NCBI RefSeq assembly: GCF_006345805.1 | Contig: NC_042998.1 | Coordinates: 97,278,001 to 97,342,000, forward strand | DNA from: Octopus sinensis | Lineage: Eukaryota | DNA: 64,000 nt | Direction of reading: 5' to 3' | Shown here: positions 1 through 64,000 of the stretch, piece after piece | Position numbering within the stretch: position 1 is the stretch's first letter | Layout: each line of letters begins with the position of its first letter | Translations under genes and position numbers: made by a program | Notes under the pieces: model-generated | Databases searched by the model: none | The model's input: only the letters and a program-made list of their open reading frames with translations | Told to the model about the DNA's origin: nothing

Positions 1-869
1 AATACAACCTTGATCTGAACATAGAGTGTTTGTTCTTACATTTTTATAGAATCTCAACTCTTCTAAATTGCTTTCTTCAGGAAATAAAATATAAGAATGA
101 TCTCTAAAATTCAATAAAGAGATGATTTTAGCATTGTACATAAGGCATTCTATGCTTTGAACCGGGCATAGAACAGAGATCACCTTTTTGAGCTGGGAAA
201 TGAATGGAATGCCTGGTGTGTGTGTTGTTGTGGTTACCCACTCCTATAAAAATGGGGAATAGGCCTGGGTATATTTATATATCTATATATATACATAAGG
301 CCTTTAAGATGATGAGCTGGCAGAACTGCTTGCATGTTGGACAAAATACTTAGCAGCATTTCTTCTCACTCTTTACATTCTGAGTTCATATCCCATCAAA
401 GTCAACTTTTCCTTTCATTCTTTTGAAGTCACTAAAATAAAGTACCAGTCAACTATGGGGGAAAGGGGGCAATGTATCAATAATATACTTGTCCTATACC
501 CTCAAAGTTGCTGGCCTTGAACCCTGCAACTGAATGGTGTCCCATTCAAGAGAATATTGTAATCTTGGTCACTTATATTCTATGGAAACTAGAATACAAA
601 AAATGTATGGCTTTTATACACAAGGCGTTGTAGTTAGAGCAACATTTAGTTTGGTACCCAGCTCTTAGTAGGAAAGCATATAGATGGATGCTATATATTA
701 TAGTAAAATAAAATCATACAAGTTAAATTTTCACACATTTTGGTTGTATTAAAATCTAACCAAAATAAGGTCGTAATCTTTCTCTACAGGACCTGCAATG
801 TAATCATAGAACAATGCTTAATCTAATCTTTCATGAAACACAACTTCTGTCATCCAATATTCATAAATA

Positions 870-2136
870 TTGGGTCATCCCATAAATAATGCAGTTTTTC
901 CATACTTTTTTTTATTTTACAAAATTAAGATAAATAAAGTTCTTTTTTAATCTAGAATATACTCTCCTTTATTTTCTACAAATCTCTTCCAGCTATCTGG
1001 TAGACTTGCGAAGTCCCTCTTCCAAAATCACTTGTCCATGATGAAAAATATTCCTCCAGTACTGTTCTGACCTCGTCTACATTTATTCTGCAGTCGTCAA
1101 ATGATTTTGATGACTGCAGAATAAATGATAATCTGATTGAGCAATGTCCGACGAATATGGTGGGTGGGGCATCGTTTCCCATTCAAACTGCTCCAGCCTT
1201 TCAAATATCATTCTTGCTGTATGTGGCTGAGCATTATCCTGATGGAAGAACTCCTTTTGTCTTGAAACCAAAAATGAGCGCTGACTTAAGACACACAAGC
1301 TGCTTACAGTAGATCTCCTTTGTTATCATTTGCTTTGGGTTTAAAAGTTCAAAGTGGGCTAAACCTTCCACATCTCACTAAACACATGATAAAACCTTAC
1401 ATGGGTGAAGACCATCTTTAACCTGGGGTGCAAGCGTTTCTCCTTACACTACCCATTGTCTTCAGCACTTGACATTTTTATAGAAAACCCATTTCTCCTC
1501 CCCAGTCACTATTCGGTCCAAAAATGGTTCATTCGTGATATGTGACAGCAAAGAAGAGCACATATTCACTCTTTGCATGCAATTAGACTGGGAAAGTTTG
1601 TGAGGAACCCATTGACCCAGTTTTCTGGCTTTTCTGATAGCATGCAGGTGTTGATGAATGGTTGAATGACCAAACCCAAGCTTCTCTGCTAGTTCCTAAA
1701 CAGTTACGATGGGATTTTGTTCCACCAAGATTTGCAGGACATTCTCATCGAGTTCTACAGATCTTCCGAGACGAGCCTCATCTTCTAGGCTGTAGTTTCT
1801 GGCTTAGAATTTCTGGAACCATTGATACTGGCTTATGCTTATTGTCCGATCCCTATGTACTGCATTAATATTCCTTGCACTTTCCGTTGTGTTGTTGCCT
1901 TTATTGAACTCATAAAGCAAGATATGCTGAATATGCTCCTCTGTCACTTCCATTATAGCTTTGAAAAAATAACTGTTAAAATCTAACTGCACTTTTCAAA
2001 ACTTGTACTAAGAATAAGTACAAGGTAAAATTACTACCTGCTTTTATAGCAATTTGACGCAGGTAGTTTATTCCGTTCCTCTCTGACTTTTAGTTCATGC
2101 GATTGAAAAGACCACTTTATTTATAAGATGACCCAA
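870..2136 (-). mobile_element. Full-length decayed mariner (Tc1/mariner) DNA transposon with pseudogenised transposase
   Basis: ~30-bp imperfect TIRs (ttgggtcatcccataaataa / ttatttataagatgacccaa), TA target duplication at 868-869 and 2137-2138, length ~1.27 kb. Broken ORFs give the HTH start (IQHILLYEFNKG) and HQDNAQPH...HPPYSSDIAQSDYHLF, matching the mariner YSPDLAPSDYHLF motif. Confidence 0.93.
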
Positions 2137-3337
2137 TACATGGAGAATTTTCTATAAACTAGCTATCATACTAATGTTTCTGTTATTATGATATTATTTT
2201 TATATGCAAGTGCATGTTTATGTTTTCCATATCATATACACATTAACCAAAAATTAATATTCATGTATAGTTATGGAATCATATCTTAAGAAATATTAAT
2301 TCTGTTTATATTAAAAGATTAGAATTCACTGCAATCAAAACCTTGAATAATTTATCAAAAAAACGTCAGCAAATGGTATTACTGATGTCACATAAAAGTG
2401 CCTGTGTGGTGCTATGTAAAAGAGCTTGTGCACTGCCATGTAAAAGTGTCCATGCAGTGCCTTGTAAGAGTACCCAGCACAATCTCTAAAGTGGTTGGCA
2501 TTAGGAAGGACATCCAGTTATAGAAACCATACCAAATCAGACTGGAGTCTAGTGCAGCTCCCCAGCTTGCTAGTTCTGGTCAAACCACCAATCCATGCCA
2601 GCATGGACAATGGACGTTAAATGATGATGATGATGGTGACAATATATACATATATATGTATATAATAGTTGTCCACTTATAACCAAGGGAGACCATCACT
2701 GACCACTGTTCATGCAAAATGTGAGCAATACCAGCACATGGTGCCTGCAGCTCCCATGCTTGCCATAGCACCCTCCTGCTTGACTACATCACCAGTGATT
2801 ACATGATGAAAAATTTCAGGTTCAATGAGGCTTGCACAACACCTCACAGGCCCTCTCTATCCAACTGATATGATCCAGAGAAAAGCCAGTGTTAATATGA
2901 GACACTGGCTCAAAAATGCAGGAGTGCTGTGATTTCAAGCACAAGCAAAAGATCCCCAGAAGGCTCAATACTATTCCCTGAATATCTGTTTCATATGAGA
3001 ATGACCACCTTTAACAACAGATGAGGGGTACCTCACTCCCAGTTGTCTTCCAGTATCCCAGATACCAACCTGGAATTTATGAGGGCCTGTGCTATTACTA
3101 GACAGTTATTGAACCGGCACAAGATTCATATCCTGTTCACAGGTCTTGTTCTTAGATCTACTGGGTTTCTTGCAATTCTCCTCTCCAAGCAAGTCTATTG
3201 AGGGTGCTAGTTTAGTTACCAACAATGCAGCCATGCAACAGGTTGTACTGGATTCCTTGTTTCCAGTAGCATATATAAATATAAGCATACACACATACAT
3301 ATGTATAGAAATGTAGGTACACACATATATATATATA

Positions 3338-3672
3338 TTAGACCAAATGAGATAAGAAATCCAAGGGTGTGAAGAGTTTTCAGGACATTTAGAATGAAAT
3401 AGTCTTACAGCTGTTTCTGGGATATTATGGATATCCCAGAACCAGCTGTAAGACTATTTCATTATAAATGTCTTGAAAACTCCTCACAGCCTTGGATTTG
3501 TTATCTCATTCGGTCTAATATATATATATGCAGGCTAATACAAGACCCACATAAGACTCCTCACTCATATCATTATCAAACCAAGAGTTTGACCATGGTC
3601 TATCCATAGCACTTACTTAGTGTTACCTGACACTCTCTGGATCTTCTACACACCAATACCTCTCAAACCCTT
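3338..3672. mobile_element. Fold-back element (88-bp arms plus tail), probable Penelope-like element terminal-repeat remnant
   Basis: Arms 3338-3425 / 3431-3518 with 81/88 complementary, flanked by (TA)n; arm and tail homologous to 56335-56771; carries the 3' half of a hammerhead motif. Confidence 0.6.
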
Positions 3673-3701
3673 ATATATATATGTGTTATATTTACACACA
3701 C

Positions 3702-3748
<47 letters not shown>

Positions 3749-3789
3749 TGTGTGTGTGTGTATATATATATATATATGTATATATATAC

Positions 3790-3827
<38 letters not shown>

Positions 3828-4448
3828 ACATATACATACTTACATATACATACATTTACATATACATATACATGTATATATATATCCATATACATACATA
3901 CATATCTAATGGAATGCTATGCATTGTCTCTTATTCTGTTTACACTAAGTGAATTTATATATATATATATATATTTATAAATATGTTATGATTTTGCTTA
4001 AGCATAGCAATACTAATAACCTGTTGTTAGAACTCAATATACATAAGCTTCAGGATAAAGTACTAGGTGAGTACAGAGCATAATATAAATTAATGGACTG
4101 ACAAAGGTACGTGAATTATGCAATCTACTCCCTTAGCTTGCAGCTGTTTCTACTATAGGAGGCAGTGCCCTATGAGCTGTGTGTTTGTGCATCACCTTAT
4201 AACATCATAAATATATATAAAAATCTTGAGACAATTGTTTTTAATGGAAGTGTTCATTGTTTGGTGTTATTTACGTCACTGTAAGGTAGTTAATGAATGA
4301 GAACAACTGAAATTTAGTGATTGAAAGTACTCAATGTTTTGCATGATTAATAATAGTGAAGTTAATAATGTTTATCTGTAGCTATGGTGTATATCATAAG
4401 TCAATGTTGTTGTTATATTTACTTCAAGAAACATGTAATATATAATAC

Positions 4449-57827
<53,379 letters not shown>

Positions 57828-58329
57828 CTGGAAAAAAAAAGATAAAAATATTCATTAAATAATACAATAATTCAAATTAGCATTTGAGGAAGTTTATTTT
57901 TTATTTCAATGTAGACATAATGTTTCTGAAAGATAAATTACAAAATGCATTAGAGTTTCACCTATACTTTCTTATAGTAATTTATTTTAGAAATGATAAC
58001 TGTCTTGTAAAAATATATATTCCTATTATTTTGAAGTTTTTGAACATTGCGAATATTTTAAAGAAATTGTTTTGAAGTTAAGATCATTTGAATGTTACAT
58101 TGTTAAATCTTAATTTTTATGGTAAAACTAAGAATATGAAATGTGTGCTGTAAAATAATTATAATTTGTAAAGAAAAAAAAAGTTGGCTAAATGATGTAT
58201 TCTTTAGAAGTGTGTGACAGCAAAACATATATTTGTAAATTCTGGAAACTTCTTTGTGTTGGAAAAAAATGATGAGAGAGTCCATCATCATTATCATCAT
58301 CATCATCATTATTAGTATCATCATTATTA

Positions 58330-58885
58330 TTGAGTGAGAGAGCAATTGATGCCATCAAAGTGACACTGAGTTACAAATATACGAAGCCCAATATACCCAT
58401 CATGACTACCCATCTGATAAGAGTACACCAGGCACATGCATCACAACTATATGTATGTGACATGGTGATCTTAGATCAAAATAAACAACACATGACCTTG
58501 CAGGTGGGGCCCAGTTAGAATTTTTTTCATGTCAAGTAGCCCATCCTGCTCAAAAAGTGCTTGAATAAGGGTTGTTTAAGGGTTATGAACAAAACACTCG
58601 TGATTCCAGAGGTGAATTATTCAAACCCCAAAGAATTCCACTCAGTACATGGATATGATGCTTCCCCACTACTTCTGCTCATGATCAGAGAAGCACATAT
58701 TGTCAACCACTAAGGAACATGCTTAACTGGTTAAAGTCAAGCAACTGACAAGTAAATTTGTGGTACTAAGCAGAACTTTTGGTGTAGCCCATCTTTTCTG
58801 CCAAGACAAAACATGTACATGATAACACTTCCAACCAGTTAAGATCAGAAGCCATGAGAGCTATCGCCTGGTATTGCATCAGGGC

Positions 58886-58888
<3 letters not shown>
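58330..58888 (-). mobile_element. Unclassified ~560-bp non-coding interspersed element flanked on both sides by (AAT/GAT)n
   Basis: Second copy at 53699-54099; trinucleotide tracts at 58284-58331 and 58887-58958. Confidence 0.75.
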
Positions 58889-58939
<51 letters not shown>

Positions 58940-58959
58940 CATTATTATTATTATTATTT

Positions 58960-61800
58960 TCATATATGGATTTTATGCCTATTTCTACTATCCATCTCTT
59001 CAGATCTTTAGGGATAGTTCCCAATGCACCTATAACTACTGGGATACATTTTATCTGCACTTTCCATAGTCTCTGTAATTTTATGGCTAGGTCCTGGTAC
59101 TTAGCTATTTTTTCTATACCTCTCATATTGATTTGTTTTCCTCATTTGGGGACTGCAAAGTCAATTATCTGGCACTTTCTATCTCTTTATCTACCACTAC
59201 TAAATCAGGCCTTCTAGCTTCTATTACTCAGTCAGTCTGAATGTTATAGTCCGACAACGTGTTGTATTTCTTACTTTATAGTACTTTACTAGGTTCATGT
59301 TCATACCATTTATTAATATGTTCAAATCCTAGCTTTCTACATAATTCCCAGTGGAGTACTTTCCTTAGGCGGTGATGTCTTTTCATGTATTGTTTCTGTG
59401 TCAGCATGCTACATTCACTTACTATATGAGTAACATTTCCCTCTTTTGATTTTCATAACTTATGTTGAGAATCTACTTGGTTTTTGTCTACCTTGGCTTT
59501 TATTCAATTAGTCCTTAATGCTTGATCTTGTGCAGCTACTAACAAACTTTCTGCCTCCCTTTTCAGCTTTCCTTTCTGCAACCATATTTCTCACTATTTC
59601 TATTTTCTGCAACTGTCTTTAGGAATCTACCATACAACACCGTTCCCTGCCAGTCAGAAAATTTTTGTTGTTTTTTCTGGTTTTTAACTTTGTTTGGGTT
59701 TTTGGTTTCCCTATGTCTTGCTGTGATTCTAGCAGTTTTTAATAAATTTTCTTCACTATTACCTACACAAGAATCTATATCTACTCTAGCTAACTTTACG
59801 CAGTCTTCTACTGATATTAACCCTCTTCCACCTTCCTTTCTTGGTAAGTATTATCTTGCAACTCCTGCCCTTGGGTGGAGTCCTCCATTCATATTGAACT
59901 CTTTCCTAGTCCTTCTGTCTAACTTTGCTAATTCAGTTTTCGTCCAGTCTACAAAAGCTACTGAGTATCTAAGTAATGATACTGCCCAAGTATTTACAGC
60001 CTTCACTAGATTCAGACCATTTAGCTTTGACTTCATTAGCTTCCACACACTTCTAATATACTCCCCTCAATTTTAGTTTTCATTTCTGTAGTTAGTACTC
60101 TGTCAGATTTTAATACTTCAGGAGTATACTTATAATTCTTTCCTCCTTTCTATGGCCATCTGGTAATTGGATGCCTCCACTGTTGACTGCCAGTCCCTTT
60201 CTCATGTCTAATAGTGCACAGTTGTCTATGCCAATTTCCATGCCTGTATCTTGTGCTGAAGAGTCTCATAGTTTGTATTAAGGAATATATCTCTTCTTCA
60301 TTCTTATTAAAAAGTTTCAGATCATCCATGTAGAGCAAATGGTTAATTTTTCCCTTACTATTTCTGAACTGATACCCTGCCTTTACCTTCCTTAATGTTA
60401 AACTGAGTGGGGATCAAACATAAAACAAATATTAAAGGGGGCAACGAGTCCCCCTTGAAAATTCCTCTTTTGATATTAACTCTCCCTAAAAATGTGTCAC
60501 CTGAGTAGAGATCTACTTTCTATTTCTTCATGTTAAAGCTAATTAATTCTCTTATGTTGTCTGCTACACTGAATTTACTCAAACATTCACTTATCCATGA
60601 GTGTGGGATCATGTCATAGGCTTTCCTATAATCTATCCATGTTATTGTTAGATTTTTTTCTAGCTTTTACTTCATTTAGAACTCCTTTGTCTCTGTATAA
60701 CAGATCATGTGTTCCTCTAACCTTCTTCCTGTGACATTTTGTTTTTCTGGCAGTAAATTCTGTTTGACAACATGCTTGTAAATGCTTTCTGAAAGCATTC
60801 CTGTAAACAGCTTCCATACTAATGGCAAACAAGTGATTGGTCTATAGTTGCTAGCTGTATGACCCTTGCTCTTTCATAATGAGTATTGTCCTCCCTTTAG
60901 TCATCCAATCTGGTATTATTCCTCCATTAAGACAATCCTGAAGTTGTTCCCTCAGCTTCCCATGTAAACCACTAAATTTCTTTAGCCAGTACCCTTAAAC
61001 TAAATCTGGTCCTGGGCCCTTCTAATTCGACATTTTTCCTAACACTTTACTCATTAATGCACTAGTTAGTCTTAGATCTGGCTACTTCTCACTCACTATT
61101 TCTCCCCCCACTTGCTTTAACCATACTGCACCTCCATTAGGATTGACTGGCCTATCCAAAATATTACTCCAGAACTTTCTAGCTTCTTTTGCATTAGGCC
61201 TCTCATCTTCAGTACTTTGTTCTCCCCTATTTATTTGGTTATAAAATCTCCTCTGGTCTGTCTCAAATAATCTATTCTGTTGATTCTGATCTATTCTTTT
61301 CTGATATCTAGAGAGCTTGCCAGCTACTGCTATGATACACTGTTTCAACTCTTGTATTACTGTCCCAAATCCTTTATCTTTGACTAAGTATCTTTTCTCA
61401 AAGGAAAATTTGCATCTTGTTTTTCCTAACTTGTTCAGTTTCCAGGCTTCTATTCTACTCAGATCTTGTCTTAAAGTCTTCACTTTATTTTGCAGTCTCC
61501 TTTTCCACATTTGCTCTTTTCTAATCTTTCCTTTTGAGATATCTAATTGACTACTACCCCTCCTGCATAGATCAATAAGTTAGTGTCTTCTATACATCTA
61601 GTATCTATCCTACTGATTACAGAATCTACTTTCCTAGTCCTTTCAAGCAGCTTCCTTCTGTCAGTGTCTTTTAATGCTGGCATTTCTTACTTCTCTACTC
61701 ATTACTTCCTACAACTCATCTAAAATCTTCTGATCTTTCTCACTTAAATCACTTAAGTCGTTGGTGCCAGTTGTCCCTTCCTTATTGGTAGCACTATTAT
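58960..61800 (-). pseudogene. Decayed R4/Dong-like non-LTR retrotransposon (RT, zinc knuckle, restriction-like endonuclease), 3'-truncated
   Basis: Frameshifted minus-strand motifs NYRPITCLP, KAYDMIPHSWI, RGIF.GDSLPP, YMDDLKLF (RT), HIVSEC..L....Y..RH (CCHC region), RPDLVVV..IIDFAVP and EKIAKYQDL...IPVVIGALG (RLE). 5' boundary approximate. Confidence 0.88.
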
Positions 61801-62722
61801 TATTTTTCCTTTAGGTTTGCAGTATTAATTTCCCAGCAAACTGAGCCTGAGACCCCACACTAGAGAAAGGCATGTACATCCAGCATCATACTTCCGGTAC
61901 CCACTTTAAACATGACACTTCATGCTTGTGTTAAAGATACCTGGCATTACTTTAAGATATTTAAATTGATTTATTTATGTAGCATATAAAAAAAGCAAAA
62001 TAATTCATAACTCTTTCTAACATAAGCACAGGGCCAGAAATTTTAGGACAGAGGTTCTAGTCCCTGACATTGACCCTGGTACTTGACTGGTACTAGCTTT
62101 TATTGAAAAGGTAAAAAGCCAAGTTGACCTCAGCAGGATTTGAACTCAGAACATAAAGAGTCAGAATACATACTACAAGACATTATATCTGAAGCTCTAG
62201 CAATCCTGCCAATCCATTGCGTTAATAATATCTCTTACTTACTTCAATCATTGGACTACAGCCATGCTGGAACACTCACTGCCTTGAAGGGTTTAGCCAA
62301 ATAAATCAAACCTAGTATTTACATTAAGTGAGGTGCTTACTCTGTTGGTCCCTTTTGCTGAACCACTAGGTTACCAGTACATAAACAAACCAACAATGGT
62401 TGTCATGCAGTGGAGGGAGAACACACACAAACACAAGCACAGATAGACAGATAGGGAGACAGACAGATGTATGTATGTACATACATACCTACATACATAT
62501 GTACATATGTTATTAATTGTATCACTATTTTTATATGCAGCATACATCATTGCATGTACACATACATACATACATGCATACATACATACATAATATGCAT
62601 AACATACACACATACATACATACACACACACATACATACATACATACATACATACATACATACATACGTACATACATACATACATACATACATACATACA
62701 TACATACATACATACATACATA

Positions 62723-63268
62723 CAACTATGAATTCATATTCATACCAATAATAATTGGAGCACTGGGTTTCGTTAGTAAATGCTTAAAGGAGAATCTGGA
62801 TAAACTGGGATTTTCAGAAAGAGAAATCAACTGGCTAATTCATACTAATGTATGAATTAGCCAGTTGATTTCACACACACACACAAACACACACCCATAT
62901 ACATACATACATACATACATACATACATACATACATACATACATACACACATACACATACATACATACTACATACATACATACATACATACAACTATGAA
63001 TTCATATTCATACCAATAATAATTGGAGCACTGGGTTTCGTAGTAAATGCTTAAAGGAGAATCTGGATAAACTGGGATTTTCAGAAAGAGAAATCAACTG
63101 GCTAATTCATACTAATGTATGAATTAGCCAGTTGATTTCACACACACACACAAACACACACCCATATACATACATACATACATACATACATACATACATA
63201 CATACATACATACATACACACATACACATACATACATACATACATACATACATACATACATACATACA
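62723..63268 (+). repeat. Tandem duplication (~268-bp period) of an RLE-LINE fragment ending in a perfect 23-bp hairpin plus a (CATA)n tract
   Basis: 62723-62990 vs 62991-63268; encodes FIPIIIGALGFVSKCLKENLDKLG. Confidence 0.9.
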
Positions 63269-63856
63269 TGTAACGGGCTTCTACATTGTTTCCCCTCAAC
63301 CAAATTCATCCACAAGACATTGGTTGACTTGGAGCTATAGTAGATTTGCTCAAAGTGCCATGCAGTGGGACTGAATGTGAGACTGCATTACTGAAAGCGA
63401 GCTTCTTAACCAAGAACCCAGGCCAGTCACATAAATAACCATAGGAAAAAATAAAACGCAAACAAAACTATAAACTTGTAAACTAATTAGATCAAACATA
63501 ATCTTGGGGTGACATTAATAAATGCAAGATGAAAAAACTAAAGATGAAAGAATGTAAACAGAGCTTTCCGGAAATTACTATAGAGTTTCAAGTAAATGAC
63601 GAAATAACATATTAAAATAAAAAAACATATGAATACAAAATAGTGCAGTTGGCAGTAATAAAATATTGCTAGATTTAAAGTTATTATTGATGGGTTTTAT
63701 ATTTTATAAAGCTATTTATTATATGACAGTAACACTGCCTGACATATCATTGAGAAAACAGCCACCCAGAAGTTGCTCATTTATCATAAGCTAACACAAC
63801 AATAACAAGAAAAAGTATTTCTACAGCATGACTAATATGTATATCTGTCAGTCTGT

Positions 63857-63893
<37 letters not shown>

Positions 63894-63933
63894 ATCATCA
63901 TCATCATCTAATATATGATGATGATGGTGATGG

Positions 63934-63993
<60 letters not shown>

Positions 63994-64000
63994 AGAAACC

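Noticed and set aside
4130-4182. Minus-strand GAAACAGCTGCA after a small hairpin, resembling the 56.5-kb hammerhead 3' half
   Set aside because: No core and GCA instead of GUA; at best a very decayed relative, too weak to call.
1-4448. Further hemicentin exons at either end (1-4448 and 57828-64000)
   Set aside because: No Ig or TSP1 motif with splice sites found by eye; a very short exon cannot be excluded.

Overview
AT-rich, microsatellite- and SINE-dense eukaryotic DNA. The repeat families look like a coleoid cephalopod, probably Octopus (inference). The window lies inside one large minus-strand gene. I resolved 24 GT-AG exons (4449-57827, 5616 nt, 1872 codons, frame-consistent at every junction) encoding 20 tandem I-set Ig domains with V/xPP linkers, which fits the middle of a hemicentin (HMCN1-like) gene. 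Start and stop codons lie outside the window. Three exons are absent from the ORF track or not shown there in their coding frame. The introns hold a decayed full-length mariner, Tc2/pogo- and piggyBac-type MITEs, a Helitron, RTE remnants, a ~2.9 kb R4/Dong-type RLE LINE pseudogene and many tRNA-derived SINEs. The most notable signal is a set of long fold-back (inverted-repeat) elements embedded in (TA)n. Several carry minimal hammerhead-ribozyme motifs of the type known from Penelope-like retroelements. One has a G3:C8 swap of the catalytic core and another shows a compensatory change in stem III. No ribozyme activity can be shown from sequence alone.
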